Shown here piece by piece: positions 47,962-58,353 of a stretch of 64,000 nucleotides of DNA; positions within the stretch are counted from its first letter, which is position 1, and each line of letters starts with the position of its first letter. The stretch is from a virus. The notes beneath the pieces were generated by a model. It worked only from the letters and a program-made list of their open reading frames with translations. It was not told the DNA's origin and searched no databases. The translations under genes and the position numbers were made by a program. The stretch spans positions 4,427 through 68,426 of the IMG/VR virus record IMGVR_UViG_3300030333_005233. One strand, 5' to 3'.

Positions 47962-48697
47962 TGTTCCAATTACACTTCATGGTGGAGAAGAAAGACCCTT
48001 GAACGTAATAATCTCTAACAAAACCTTCTGATTGCAAGAATGGGTTTAAAGTAGATCCAATATCAAGATAGGTATTATTAGGAGAATCTTTTGTGAGTTC
48101 ATATGCCAATATATTTCCAAATGGCCCACAACAAAACAAAAACACATAGTCTTGTATATGCTCACTATGTATCAAAGTTTTTGATTCTTGTATAACAGTG
48201 TAGTTTGTAGACCATGAATTACTTGCCAACTTGAATAAATGTTTTGGTTTAAATGGTAGATTGTCTACTTTGCTTTTTTCATTGCAGAACAAGACAATAT
48301 TCCTATCTTCAAAAATTGGTAATATGTTTGATAGAAAATAGCTATAGTTGTTGTTGACCCATAGATTAGCCCATGTGACCTGTTCTTCGTTCTGCCCGCA
48401 GTATTTTCTCATCTCCATGTGTGTGTCTACCCCTTGGCAGCATGGGCATGAAACGCCAACAAAGTAATTAGGATTCTTGTACTTGAACGAGTCTATTAGT
48501 TGTTTTCTTTTTATTCCATCTAGTGCGTTTTTACTATCAAACCAAAATTCTCTATTATTTATATCTTTATTTTGCATAACGGCCCATTCGCCGTCAGCAT
48601 ATTTTGAGAAAGTAAAATTCTCACGATTAGATAATTTATGCTCAAACACCTTTATGTCGTGTTCAATGTTTTTATTAGGTATGGTAGATAGCTTCAT
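47951..48697 (-). CDS. GT-D fold (DUF1792-like) protein
   Basis: FTFSKYADGE; FCCGP; YLDIGS. Confidence 0.6.
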   Translation of the reverse strand: MKLSTIPNKNIEHDIKVFEHKLSNRENFTFSKYADGEWAVMQNKDINNREFWFDSKNALDGIKRKQLIDSFKYKNPNYFVGVSCPCCQGVDTHMEMRKYCGQNEEQVTWANLWVNNNYSYFLSNILPIFEDRNIVLFCNEKSKVDNLPFKPKHLFKLASNSWSTNYTVIQESKTLIHSEHIQDYVFLFCCGPFGNILAYELTKDSPNNTYLDIGSTLNPFLQSEGFVRDYYVQGSFFSTMKCNWNNEQ

Positions 48698-49697
48698 CTT
48701 TATATGTCTCTTTCTTTATAATTTTAAGTATCTTTTTGCTTGCATCTCCATTTCCATATGGACATTTTTCATTGACTAATTCCATTTTTGTATTGTTAAA
48801 CATATCGTACAGCTTAGAAGGGTCTTTGCACATCTGGGCAAATATGCCATCTCCTTCTGTCCTCTCAGTAGTTTTTCTACAAACTATACATTTCTTTTTT
48901 AAAAATGATGATTCTTCTTGAAGTCCTCCGCTGTCTGTAATGACTAATGCGCATTTAGCTAATTCTGATACGCAATCATTATAGGACATTGGATCAACAA
49001 CTTCAATATGTTTTAATATATTCTTGTGTTTTCTTATTTCTGGATTAGGATGCATTGGAAATAAAAATTTAAGATCTTTTCTGCTCTCAGCTATTTTTTC
49101 TAAGCTTTCAAACCAATCCTTCATTATATTTATATTTTCTCTTCTGTGCATAGTTATGAATACAGTGTTTCCAAGAGATGGTTTTATATGTATTAGGTTG
49201 TCTAGCACAGTATTCCCCACTACAAATACTTTACCCTGATGGTTATTTTTTATAACTTTTGCATTTGCTTTTGTTGGACACAGGTGAATGTTTGCCATAT
49301 TGCTAATAGAGACTCTGTTAAATTCTTCAGGGTATGGGTTGTTCATGTCCCAAGATCTTAAGCCAGCCTCTAGATGTATAATATTTAACTTTCTATGAAA
49401 AGCTGACAATGCAATAGCAAAGGCAGACGTTGTATCGCCCTGTACTAAAACATGTCTTACATTTTCATATATTTTATCACCATTATTTATTACTGCTGCA
49501 AGTATATCATCTAGTCTATTATGCTGTGTTGGTATTCTTAAATATCCTATATTGTGATGACGAACAGATTTGTCTATTATATCACAGTGCTGCCCTGTGG
49601 ATAGGATCGTGTAGGGAACTTTTGCACGTCTAAATTGTTCCAGAACTGGTTTAATTTTTATCCACTCTGGTCTAGTTCCAAAAGCCACTAGTATCAT
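48675..49697 (-). CDS. wecB: UDP-N-acetylglucosamine 2-epimerase
   Basis: GTRPE, TGQH, QGDT, HLEAGLRS, PEE, HRREN, TDSGGLQEE. Confidence 0.95.
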   Translation of the reverse strand: MILVAFGTRPEWIKIKPVLEQFRRAKVPYTILSTGQHCDIIDKSVRHHNIGYLRIPTQHNRLDDILAAVINNGDKIYENVRHVLVQGDTTSAFAIALSAFHRKLNIIHLEAGLRSWDMNNPYPEEFNRVSISNMANIHLCPTKANAKVIKNNHQGKVFVVGNTVLDNLIHIKPSLGNTVFITMHRRENINIMKDWFESLEKIAESRKDLKFLFPMHPNPEIRKHKNILKHIEVVDPMSYNDCVSELAKCALVITDSGGLQEESSFLKKKCIVCRKTTERTEGDGIFAQMCKDPSKLYDMFNNTKMELVNEKCPYGNGDASKKILKIIKKETYKDEAIYHT

Positions 49698-50440
49698 TTT
49701 TGATCCTTAGTAAGTTTATAACCTTGAGAAATGATATAGTTCCAGTACGAATGTGCCTGCATGTGACCCTCGCCTGTGCGAGAGGTAGCAAACATATCTT
49801 CTCCATATGTATTTGGATCTGTAGAACCCCACATTTCTTTATCATCTGGTGGGTGTGGAGGAACATATGTATTTAGTCCAAAATGTTTTTGTACTGAGTA
49901 TGACATATGCATATCTTCTCCACCTCTGGGTAATGGGCTAGATGGGGCTTCTGCCCAATATGCTCTCAGCCATTCTCTTTCAAAAAACCAACAGTGTCCC
50001 ATGATGTCTACTTGTTCTACCTGTGTATTTGGATTGCTAGCACCAAATGTTTCATATTGACAACCCGGATAATTTCTATAGTCATCACCTGTCATGCGAA
50101 CACCTCTGCACCCAAGAACTCCTCTGTGGCTTTTCATTGTTTCCACGCAGTTGTCTAGCCATTTAGATCCGGGTATCGTGTCGTCATCTATCATACAAAT
50201 GTATTGTGAAAAACTATTTAGAGCATAAGCAAATCTAGCCCATACTCCAAGATTTTTATTACAAAAAGAAGATGTGCATTTTTCCACTATTTCTGTTGGA
50301 TATTTATCAAACGACATTTGATCATAGTTAGACCAAAGCATTATATCGTCAATCTTTTTGCATGTTTGATTTTGTATGGCGTTGTATTGAGCTTCTAAAA
50401 CATGCGGGCGTTTATACCCATTAAGAATTATAGTAATCAT
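49694..50440 (-). CDS. GT-A fold glycosyltransferase
   Basis: ILNGYKR; MIDDD; GED. Confidence 0.75.
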   Translation of the reverse strand: MITIILNGYKRPHVLEAQYNAIQNQTCKKIDDIMLWSNYDQMSFDKYPTEIVEKCTSSFCNKNLGVWARFAYALNSFSQYICMIDDDTIPGSKWLDNCVETMKSHRGVLGCRGVRMTGDDYRNYPGCQYETFGASNPNTQVEQVDIMGHCWFFEREWLRAYWAEAPSSPLPRGGEDMHMSYSVQKHFGLNTYVPPHPPDDKEMWGSTDPNTYGEDMFATSRTGEGHMQAHSYWNYIISQGYKLTKDQK

Positions 50441-51353
50441 TTCTAAACCAATCTATTGTTTTTTTAAGACCTTCTTCTAGGTTTGTCTTTGCTCTAAAAC
50501 CTAAGTAGTGTTCTGCCTTTGATACATCTAGTCTTCTGCGTGGTTGTCCATCTGGATAATTTTTGTTGAATTTTATCCTACCCCTATGTCCCATTTGTTT
50601 TTGTATCATTGATACTAATTGTTTGATAGTTATTTCTTTACCAGTTCCTACATTAATTAATTCTCCTGACATGGAGGAGTCCCATCTTTGTATTGCTTTT
50701 TTAATAGCGTCAGCACAGTCATCAACATAAAGAAATTCTCTGCTTGCTTTTCCTGTTCCCCAAATTTCTACATCACTATGATTGTCGTCAATAGCTTTTT
50801 GGAACTTTAAAATAAGTGCTGGTATTACATGGCTGGAGCTTTCATCAAAGTTATCATGAGGTCCATACATGTTAACAGGAATAAGATTTAATCCACTAAA
50901 ATTATATTGTTTGCCATAGGATTGTATCATCTGCATGAGAGTTTTCTTAGCTATGCCATATGGAGCATTTGTCTCTTCTGGATATCCGTTCCAGATGTCT
51001 GCTTCTTTAAATGGAATTTTACAATGCTTTGGGTATGCGCATACAGTTCCCAGCATAATAAACTTTTCTACTCCATGTTCTTTAGCTAGCTTGATAGTAT
51101 TATATCCCATGATTAAGTTTTCTTCAATAAACAATCCGGGGTTATCTTTGTTCGCACCAATACCACCAACAGTTGCAGCTAGATGAACTACAATGTTTGG
51201 TTTTATATCTTTATACATTTGATTAGTTTGATCATATGATCTTAGATCATACGTAGAACTGTCTAATGCAGTAACCATGCCTAAAGAATGCAGGTGAAGT
51301 GCCACTGATTTACCAAGAAACCCTTTTCCACCTGTGATTGCTATTTTATTCAT
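50421..51353 (-). CDS. fcl: GDP-L-fucose synthase
   Basis: GGKGFLG; AATVGGIGAN; YGIAK; SHVIPAL; WGTG.ASREFL. Confidence 0.92.
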   Translation of the reverse strand: MNKIAITGGKGFLGKSVALHLHSLGMVTALDSSTYDLRSYDQTNQMYKDIKPNIVVHLAATVGGIGANKDNPGLFIEENLIMGYNTIKLAKEHGVEKFIMLGTVCAYPKHCKIPFKEADIWNGYPEETNAPYGIAKKTLMQMIQSYGKQYNFSGLNLIPVNMYGPHDNFDESSSHVIPALILKFQKAIDDNHSDVEIWGTGKASREFLYVDDCADAIKKAIQRWDSSMSGELINVGTGKEITIKQLVSMIQKQMGHRGRIKFNKNYPDGQPRRRLDVSKAEHYLGFRAKTNLEEGLKKTIDWFRNDYYNS

Positions 51354-51370
51354 GTTTTCTAGAACTTCTC

Positions 51371-51757
51371 CTAATACGGACTTTCAGCAAAAATTTTTTT
51401 AAATCTGATATAATCTTTAATGTAGTCTCCCACATCGTAATCTTCAGAGCATATGGACAATAATATATCATTGCCTGTGCAGTATTTTTGTTCGTCCCAT
51501 ACTAGTCGATTGACAAAAACACTTTCACCTTCGTGAAGTACGGTTGTGTTTATAGTTTTTCCTGTATCTAATTTTACCTCAATAATGCCAGAAATGCAAA
51601 TTAAAATTTGTTTATTTCTGTAGTGTGCATGTTTCCCTCTGATTTCGCCTTTGGGTACATCTGATACGTAGAATACACGCTTAGGCTCGAATGGGAGATT
51701 GTCTAATACAGTTAGGCAACCTCTATCGTCTATGTTTTTCTGAAGCTTTGTGTACAT
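51371..51757 (-). CDS. FdtA/QdtA cupin (dTDP-4-keto-6-deoxyhexose 3,4-isomerase)
   Basis: DDRGCL, PFEPKRVF, RGKHAH. Confidence 0.85.
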   Translation of the reverse strand: MYTKLQKNIDDRGCLTVLDNLPFEPKRVFYVSDVPKGEIRGKHAHYRNKQILICISGIIEVKLDTGKTINTTVLHEGESVFVNRLVWDEQKYCTGNDILLSICSEDYDVGDYIKDYIRFKKIFAESPY

Positions 51758-52646
51758 GTTTTATAACTTTCTTAGTGTCTGATATGCTTAAGTTTTCATG
51801 AAACGGTATGCTTACAGTTTGTGTCGTTTCTTTTTCAGACAGGGGTAGGTTCTGTTGTTCACAATTGAAGTACGTTTTATTGTGACAATGGCTGTAGTGT
51901 ATACCGCAAATTATACCCTGTTTTTTCATTGTGTCAATAAATTTTTTATTATCATCAACCCTAATTCTATACAGGTGATTGCTAGTATTGTTTAGTCCAA
52001 ATGCTTTATTATATTTTTCTTTAATCTCTTGAAGTATTGTATTTTTATTATCTAGCTTTTGTAGGTTCCTGTGTGCTATCTCTGCCTGAAGAGAGTTCAT
52101 ATGCATCTTATAGCCTGCTATTTCTTGTTTTCGCTGCCAACTATTTTCTGACATTTTAGTTCCATTCATGGTCATGACCCTGAAATAATCTATCAAGCCG
52201 GGATTGTTTGACACAACCATACCGCCATCACAGCTACCAACTGGCTTAGTGGGGTAAAAACTAAAAATCATACACGCCTTGTCGTTTTGTAGTTGTGAAT
52301 ATATATTTCTATGAGTCTGCTGTGCTGAGTCAAAAATATTATCATGCAAGTGATAACAATGACCAACCCAATCAATATCATCGTAAAAAGATATTTCATG
52401 TCCAGTGTTTGTTATAACATTTGGTACAACTATAGGCATTGTGCTTGGGATGCGTATTGTTGTTGGCTCATAGCTTGACAGTGCTAAGAATAATAAGCTA
52501 GATGCACTGTTAGCTGAACAGGCGTACTTTGCCCCCACATATTCTGCAAATTCTTCTTCTAACTCTGTAACTACTGAATCGTGAACAAGGCTAGAAAATG
52601 TAGTAGTGTTTATGTTGTAAGTATTTATGTTAAATAAATTAATCAT
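51723..52646 (-). CDS. DegT/DnrJ PLP sugar aminotransferase
   Basis: LEEEFA; DSAQ; FSFYPTK; DGG; GIHY. Confidence 0.88.
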   Translation of the reverse strand: MINLFNINTYNINTTTFSSLVHDSVVTELEEEFAEYVGAKYACSANSASSLLFLALSSYEPTTIRIPSTMPIVVPNVITNTGHEISFYDDIDWVGHCYHLHDNIFDSAQQTHRNIYSQLQNDKACMIFSFYPTKPVGSCDGGMVVSNNPGLIDYFRVMTMNGTKMSENSWQRKQEIAGYKMHMNSLQAEIAHRNLQKLDNKNTILQEIKEKYNKAFGLNNTSNHLYRIRVDDNKKFIDTMKKQGIICGIHYSHCHNKTYFNCEQQNLPLSEKETTQTVSIPFHENLSISDTKKVIKHVHKASEKHRR

Positions 52647-52938
52647 TAAAAAATACCTTTGACTCCATGTTTTTGTCATCTATAAATAGATCATACGGCG
52701 GTTTACCAAAATGCAAATTATGATATTTTACAGACCACTTTTTAAATTGTTCCTCAGTTAAAGGTCTAAAATCTATTCCACTGACAGTGCCACGAGCAGT
52801 CCAATAGGTAATAGTATTTCCTTCGTCATATAATTTATTTATTTTTGCTATCCTAGAATATATGGGCTTTGCACTTTCATAGTTTCTTTCTTCTTCAAGA
52901 TAGCATATTGTATCGTCAATATCAACGTAAATGTTCAT
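52639..52938 (-). CDS. Small HAD-family phosphatase (capsule-type)
   Basis: DIDDT; WTARG; GKP...IDDK. Confidence 0.85.
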   Translation of the reverse strand: MNIYVDIDDTICYLEEERNYESAKPIYSRIAKINKLYDEGNTITYWTARGTVSGIDFRPLTEEQFKKWSVKYHNLHFGKPPYDLFIDDKNMESKVFFND

Positions 52939-53575
52939 TTAAAATTTCTAGCCCCTCTTTTGTTGGTGAAAACTCATTTGATAAAGTTAAAGGTTGTTTG
53001 TCTTCTACTAAGCAAAATGTTGCATCAACTAGTCCTTTTTTATGTAGTTCTTTCATAAAAGAAATTTCTGCATCATGGTCATGATTCTTGTATAAATTGA
53101 CATGGTTATTATAAGCGTGGCTTTTGACTTGATCGTCTCTAACAGAATACCCTACTAGGAAAGGCTTAAATCCAAGCAGTATACACTCAACCACATGTGA
53201 TAATCCACATTTTGCTAAACCTTTTACTTCATAATTTAGGCTGTGCTTCTGATTGACTTCTGAAAAAGCAGACTCATTATTGTTTTTGTAATGCACAACT
53301 TTTATCCCAGAACAATGAAAGAATTCGTGTACTTTTTTTGCATGTTCTAGAGTCATTTTTTTACCACGATAGTCTACGAATAGTGCTTTGGCATTTGTTT
53401 TTTTTTGAAAATGCCTGTATACGTGGATGTTGCACACTTGCATGTCAGGATTTCTTTTTCCGTAACCCATGTCGGGAAGTAGAAAATTATTCCTAATTAT
53501 TAAACCAAAACTGTCCACCAAGCTGTCAAAGTTTACATTTGTATACTTTCTGGAACCGCAGATAATAATGCTCAT
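52922..53575 (-). CDS. GT29-like (sialyl/Kdo-transferase-like) protein
   Basis: IIICGS...VDSFGLIIRNN...GYGKR resembles sialylmotif L; later G..(LVGY)...HD...E. Confidence 0.55.
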   Translation of the reverse strand: MSIIICGSRKYTNVNFDSLVDSFGLIIRNNFLLPDMGYGKRNPDMQVCNIHVYRHFQKKTNAKALFVDYRGKKMTLEHAKKVHEFFHCSGIKVVHYKNNNESAFSEVNQKHSLNYEVKGLAKCGLSHVVECILLGFKPFLVGYSVRDDQVKSHAYNNHVNLYKNHDHDAEISFMKELHKKGLVDATFCLVEDKQPLTLSNEFSPTKEGLEILNEHLR

Positions 53576-54495
53576 AAGATTGACTCGATTCCTTCTTCAA
53601 ATGTTGTTGGCGTAAAATTCACGAAAGGTTTACACTTTGCATCACTAATACTATATCTAATGTCATGTCCTAGTCTGTCCTTTACAAATTCAACATGCTC
53701 ATCCCAATCTAAATTCATTTTGTTTAATACCGTCTGTATTACTTCAATATTAGTTTTTTCATCTGGTATGGCGACATTGTAGACTTCGTTATTAAATTCA
53801 TTTTTATCTAGTATTTCATTAATAATCTTTACTGAGTCTTTTACATATATCCAATCTCTTACATTCTTACCATCACCATATAGTGGTATTTTTTTGCCAT
53901 CTTTTATTGACTTTATAATTGTGGGTAAAAACTTTTCGCTGTTCTGTCTTGGTCCATAATTGTTACTCATCCTAATGATAGTGTAAGGTATGTCAAATGT
54001 ATTTGAGTATGCACAAACTATATGTTCAGCAGCTGCTTTAGTGGCAGCGTAGTAGTTTTTAGGTGCTAGGTTATCGGACTCTACAAAAGATCCTTCAGCT
54101 ATTGGTCCATAAACTTCATCAGTAGAAATTTGACAGATAGGGAATTTATTATTTTTGCAAGCCTCCATCAGAGATTTAACACCAGCAATATTTGAATTGA
54201 TAAAACAATCTTGACCTAATATAGAATTATCGACGTGTGTTTCAGCAGCAAAATTAATTACATAATCTATGTCAGCTATAGCTAACAATTTATCCATATA
54301 TTCTGCATTACATATATCTGCTTTGTAGAAATGAAAATTCTTATTATCAGAGTGTCTCTCTATATTTTCTTCATTTGCTGCATATGTCATTTTATCAACA
54401 CCAAAAACTACACAGTCTTTTTCTAGTAGTAAGTCTAAGTAGTGACTGCCTATAAAGCCAGCACAACCAGTTATTAAAACTCTATTCTTGCTCAT
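53572..54495 (-). CDS. rmlB: dTDP-glucose 4,6-dehydratase
   Basis: TGCAGFIG; AAETHVD; STDEVYG; YAATKA; NNYGP; DRLGHD. Confidence 0.95.
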   Translation of the reverse strand: MSKNRVLITGCAGFIGSHYLDLLLEKDCVVFGVDKMTYAANEENIERHSDNKNFHFYKADICNAEYMDKLLAIADIDYVINFAAETHVDNSILGQDCFINSNIAGVKSLMEACKNNKFPICQISTDEVYGPIAEGSFVESDNLAPKNYYAATKAAAEHIVCAYSNTFDIPYTIIRMSNNYGPRQNSEKFLPTIIKSIKDGKKIPLYGDGKNVRDWIYVKDSVKIINEILDKNEFNNEVYNVAIPDEKTNIEVIQTVLNKMNLDWDEHVEFVKDRLGHDIRYSISDAKCKPFVNFTPTTFEEGIESIL

Positions 54496-55189
54496 ACATT
54501 AACCTGCTAGTATTGTGGTAAGATTCCATAGTTCCAGCGTCTACGCAGAAGCTATCTATAGTTGTATACGTTGATGTGTATTTTCTTAGCATGTAATTGT
54601 TTACTGCTGTGATCTCGTACTCTCCCCTTGGAGATTTCCTAATTCTACTAATGCAATCAAACACTTTGCTACTGTACATGTATACTCCCATACATGCAAG
54701 ATTTGTCTTTGGCTTTTTTGGCTTCTCTTCAATTTTAATTATGTTTTTTTCTTTGTCTAAAACTGCAACGCCAAATCTTTCTGGATCTTCTACTTCCTTG
54801 AAAAATAATTGTACATCAGAATTAAAGTTTTTTACCTCTGTGTGTAGATCTTTATCGAATATGTTGTCCCCAAGTATCACAAGGCAATTATCCTTTGCTA
54901 CAAAGTTTTTACATAGCTTTAATGCTCCAGCAATTCCGTCTGGCTTATCTTGCACTTTGAATGTAAAATCACAATCATATTCGCTTCCACTGCCTAAAAA
55001 ATCAATCATGTCACCAACATGACCAGTTCCACTTATAATCATAATATCTTTGATTCCAGCATTTGTCATGCTAATAATTGGATAATGAATCATAGGAAAG
55101 GAACCGATTGGTAATAGGTGTTTATTTGTGACTTTGGTTAGTGGATATAATCTTGTACCCATACCACCAGCAAGTATGATACCTTTCAT
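54482..55189 (-). CDS. rmlA: Glucose-1-phosphate thymidylyltransferase (short form)
   Basis: GIILAGGMGTRL.P.T...NKHLLP; LGDN; SPRGEYEIT. Confidence 0.92.
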   Translation of the reverse strand: MKGIILAGGMGTRLYPLTKVTNKHLLPIGSFPMIHYPIISMTNAGIKDIMIISGTGHVGDMIDFLGSGSEYDCDFTFKVQDKPDGIAGALKLCKNFVAKDNCLVILGDNIFDKDLHTEVKNFNSDVQLFFKEVEDPERFGVAVLDKEKNIIKIEEKPKKPKTNLACMGVYMYSSKVFDCISRIRKSPRGEYEITAVNNYMLRKYTSTYTTIDSFCVDAGTMESYHNTSRLMYEQE

Positions 55190-55192
55190 TAA

Positions 55193-55999
55193 TTACCTCG
55201 TATAGTATTTGGAAAATATTTCTTTTGTAATATCTATGCTTTTACCTTCATCATAACCAGCGTTCACTAAAATTTTTGAAAGTTTTGTTAGATTGTCTTC
55301 ATCATTTCTTAATTCATCAAACTTTCTGTGACGTTGCAAAATTTCAGGATAGTTTGCCATAGATTCAATAATTCTAGAAGCAGCTATATATGTATTATGA
55401 GGCATATCTAATCTTTTGAATTTACCATGTGTTAAAGCAATAAATCCCCATATTTTGTCAAACCATCTTATAGGATATATACTGGGTTCTTGTTCAACAA
55501 ATTTATATATTTTTTCTAAAATTTCCTTGCGTACAACGCTATGATTAGGTGCTTGCCATACGTTACCTTTTACATATTGTCTAAGCATATCTGGTAAACT
55601 TAATCCATCTAAGTTCATAGCAAGACCGTTCTGATTTAATTTTTTGCGGGTAGCTCTAACATCTGTACCTTGTGCGAAGCAGTAATCTTTATTGTTTTCT
55701 AAAAATGATAAACATTCTTTTATTGCGTCAAAGTTTAGTATCATGTCATCACATATCTCTATAACATATGGTGTAGATATCGTATCTAAAATTTTAATCA
55801 TCTTGCTGTAGTATAACATATTAGCGTCATGAATGTATTTTATATTATCTGTTTCCGTTACGTCAGATTTAGTTTCAGACGAGTCAGAGTATACTACGTT
55901 GTATGGACAGTTGTTATAATGTTCTTGTGATGCGGGTAGAGTATGCTTCCTTTCATGAATGCAGACAACTATAGTTAACAGAGATTTTAGATCATTCAT
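55193..55999 (-). CDS. GT-A glycosyltransferase (TIGR00180-like)
   Basis: LTIVV..HER; DSS; TPYV...CDD. Confidence 0.7.
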   Translation of the reverse strand: MNDLKSLLTIVVCIHERKHTLPASQEHYNNCPYNVVYSDSSETKSDVTETDNIKYIHDANMLYYSKMIKILDTISTPYVIEICDDMILNFDAIKECLSFLENNKDYCFAQGTDVRATRKKLNQNGLAMNLDGLSLPDMLRQYVKGNVWQAPNHSVVRKEILEKIYKFVEQEPSIYPIRWFDKIWGFIALTHGKFKRLDMPHNTYIAASRIIESMANYPEILQRHRKFDELRNDEDNLTKLSKILVNAGYDEGKSIDITKEIFSKYYTR

Positions 56000-56601
56000 T
56001 TTTTATACGTATATACCTGTAACATGACATCCCTATCCTCTTTCCACGTAAATCTTGTAATGTCTGGTTTAGTAAAATTAAGTTTATCACACATAGCTAT
56101 AATTTTCCCTTCAGTATATGCATTTTTATGAAATTGACCTTCTCCATTTTGTGTGCCAAAAATACACGCAGTGAGATAGCCCCATTTATTTTCTGTTGAG
56201 TATGAATTATTTCCAAACCAGTGTTCGCTCCTGATAGCTTCTTCATCGTCTCTAAAAAAATCTTTCCAATCATCTTTTGCCTTAGTCCATTTTTTTATAG
56301 CCTCATCAAAATCAGGCGTTGAAAAACCAAATTTACCACCAGACTTTAGCACCCTCTTTACTTCGTGAAAAAACAATGATTCCTCTTTAAATGAAAAATG
56401 CTCTACTAATGCGTCACATCTAACCTCGTCTACAGACGAGTCCTCAAAGGGCAGATTTAAAACGTCTGCCTGTAAAAATTCTAAATTGTCTTTTATTTTT
56501 ATATTAGGATATCTTTTCTTGATTTGATCTATAGAGTCCATATCTATATTTGTATAATCTTCAAGAAGTCTTGATGCACATCCTAAATTTAATCTAATCA
56601 T
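55996..56601 (-). CDS. Class I SAM methyltransferase (type 11-like)
   Basis: LNLGCA; LPFEDSSVD; EH; RVLKSGG...TPD. Confidence 0.85.
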   Translation of the reverse strand: MIRLNLGCASRLLEDYTNIDMDSIDQIKKRYPNIKIKDNLEFLQADVLNLPFEDSSVDEVRCDALVEHFSFKEESLFFHEVKRVLKSGGKFGFSTPDFDEAIKKWTKAKDDWKDFFRDDEEAIRSEHWFGNNSYSTENKWGYLTACIFGTQNGEGQFHKNAYTEGKIIAMCDKLNFTKPDITRFTWKEDRDVMLQVYTYKK

Positions 56602-57323
56602 TTTAGTACTTTCTTTAATTTGCACGTACTCATTGTTGTATCTGGAGCTATTACTACATCTGTGACATCTTTTCTCCTACATTTTTTAATATCTGGCTTT
56701 TTATTAGACACAAAATCGTAAACGCTTTGTGACTTACCTCCCACATTAATTACTCCTGTATGATCTAATACTTTTAATATTATACCAGCTGCTTCAAAAT
56801 TATACATCAAACTTTTTCTAACATCTGTTAATGCACTATCGTGGGGAAAAGGATAGTCGCACATGCAAGTTCTTAGAATCAAAGAGTTATTATACATTCT
56901 CACGGCACATTCACCGCCCAGCTTTGACCATCCGTATTTAGTAGTTCCATCAGAGTCTACATGAAAAGGTGATAAGCCATCGTTCTCGCTGTAGTTTCCC
57001 TTAGTACCCGGATAAACATAGTCAGTAGATATATATATTAGCTTTACATTATATTTCATGCAGGACAAGACAACATTGCAAGTTCCTACAATATTAGTTT
57101 GTAAACTTATATCTGGATTGTCCTCATGCTTACTCATCGGCCTTGTGTAAGCAGCGGCGTGAATAAATATATCTGGATTATATTTCTCTATAGATTTATT
57201 TATATCATCTATATTACAAATATCTAATTCATTTTTATCTGGGCAGAAAACCTGATCTTTAGACTGCTTTAGTATTTCTTTTGCTAGCTTTCCGCTGCCA
57301 CCAGAAACTAATATTTTTTTCAT
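56598..57323 (-). CDS. rmlD: dTDP-4-dehydrorhamnose reductase-like
   Basis: SGGSGKLA; HAAAYT; YISTDYVY; YGWSKL.GE. Confidence 0.85.
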   Translation of the reverse strand: MKKILVSGGSGKLAKEILKQSKDQVFCPDKNELDICNIDDINKSIEKYNPDIFIHAAAYTRPMSKHEDNPDISLQTNIVGTCNVVLSCMKYNVKLIYISTDYVYPGTKGNYSENDGLSPFHVDSDGTTKYGWSKLGGECAVRMYNNSLILRTCMCDYPFPHDSALTDVRKSLMYNFEAAGIILKVLDHTGVINVGGKSQSVYDFVSNKKPDIKKCRRKDVTDVVIAPDTTMSTCKLKKVLK

Positions 57324-57961
57324 GAGAAGTCCAAATCATTATTAAATCTTGCTTTTGTAAAAGACATTTCTTCATTAGTCACAGACCAATACATTAGGCC
57401 AATAGTTTTCCTGTCTTTACCCTTAGTTATCTCTGGGAATCCATGCCAAGAGTTTTCGTGAAACTTAAATATGTTTAGTCTGTTAAATTTGTATGGTAGT
57501 CTACAATGTTGTTTGCCATTATGTAGTCTTAGATCAAACGATGGATCGTAATCTTCAGAAAGACCAAGGACCACGCTATATTCTCTTTTCCAATTTGTAT
57601 GTAACTTATGTGTTTGAGCATCTATATGCATACCAAGGAAGCCACCCTCGTTATTTTTATTTGGAGTAATCATCATACCGCCACCATAACCAGTTAAGTC
57701 TGGAAATGTTTTATCTCTTTTATTTATCATAGTAGTGTCAAAATGCATAGCTATATAATTCATAACCAACAAACACTCATGTGTCATTGAATTTATGGAC
57801 GCAGGAGAACATTTGCCTATCTGTCCTTCGTCGCCGTAAGAAACCCACCATTCAGGTGCTAGGCTATCAAAACTTTCAGCAGCTGCCCTGACTAATCCAG
57901 TTGATGGTATAAAATCATCTATGTACCAAGCGTCAAAATTTTCATGTGGTTTTACTATCAT
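57320..57961 (-). CDS. 2OG-Fe(II) oxygenase
   Basis: HID; SWHG; RK. Confidence 0.8.
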   Translation of the reverse strand: MIVKPHENFDAWYIDDFIPSTGLVRAAAESFDSLAPEWWVSYGDEGQIGKCSPASINSMTHECLLVMNYIAMHFDTTMINKRDKTFPDLTGYGGGMMITPNKNNEGGFLGMHIDAQTHKLHTNWKREYSVVLGLSEDYDPSFDLRLHNGKQHCRLPYKFNRLNIFKFHENSWHGFPEITKGKDRKTIGLMYWSVTNEEMSFTKARFNNDLDFS

Positions 57962-58353
57962 TTACTTTTAGTCTCCCAATCTTCACCAAAATGCCCCGGC
58001 AAAACTTTTTCTTCATCCGTAGGATCGTATTTTTCTGTAAGATAATATAGCATAATTGATTCAGGTTGTAAAGCTTTGTACCCATGCCAGATGCCGGGAG
58101 GTATTGTTATCACGTCATAATTTTTATCTGACAAGTAATACCATTCCACATCTACACCTCCACCTTCGCATGGTCTGCCATATCCAACTTTAAATGATCC
58201 TTTAACGCAGAACCAATAATCTGTTTGTATTTTATGTCTATGCCAAGCTACAACATGCTCTGTTGAATTTACATGCGTAATGTTTATTTGACCATTAACT
58301 TTGTGAAACAAGTCAAAGAGTCTTTGGCCTCTATCATCTTCATGATAATTCAT
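57958..58353 (-). CDS. rmlC: dTDP-4-dehydrorhamnose 3,5-epimerase-like cupin
   Basis: DDRG; AWHRH..QTD; IPPGIWHG. Confidence 0.8.
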   Translation of the reverse strand: MNYHEDDRGQRLFDLFHKVNGQINITHVNSTEHVVAWHRHKIQTDYWFCVKGSFKVGYGRPCEGGGVDVEWYYLSDKNYDVITIPPGIWHGYKALQPESIMLYYLTEKYDPTDEEKVLPGHFGEDWETKSK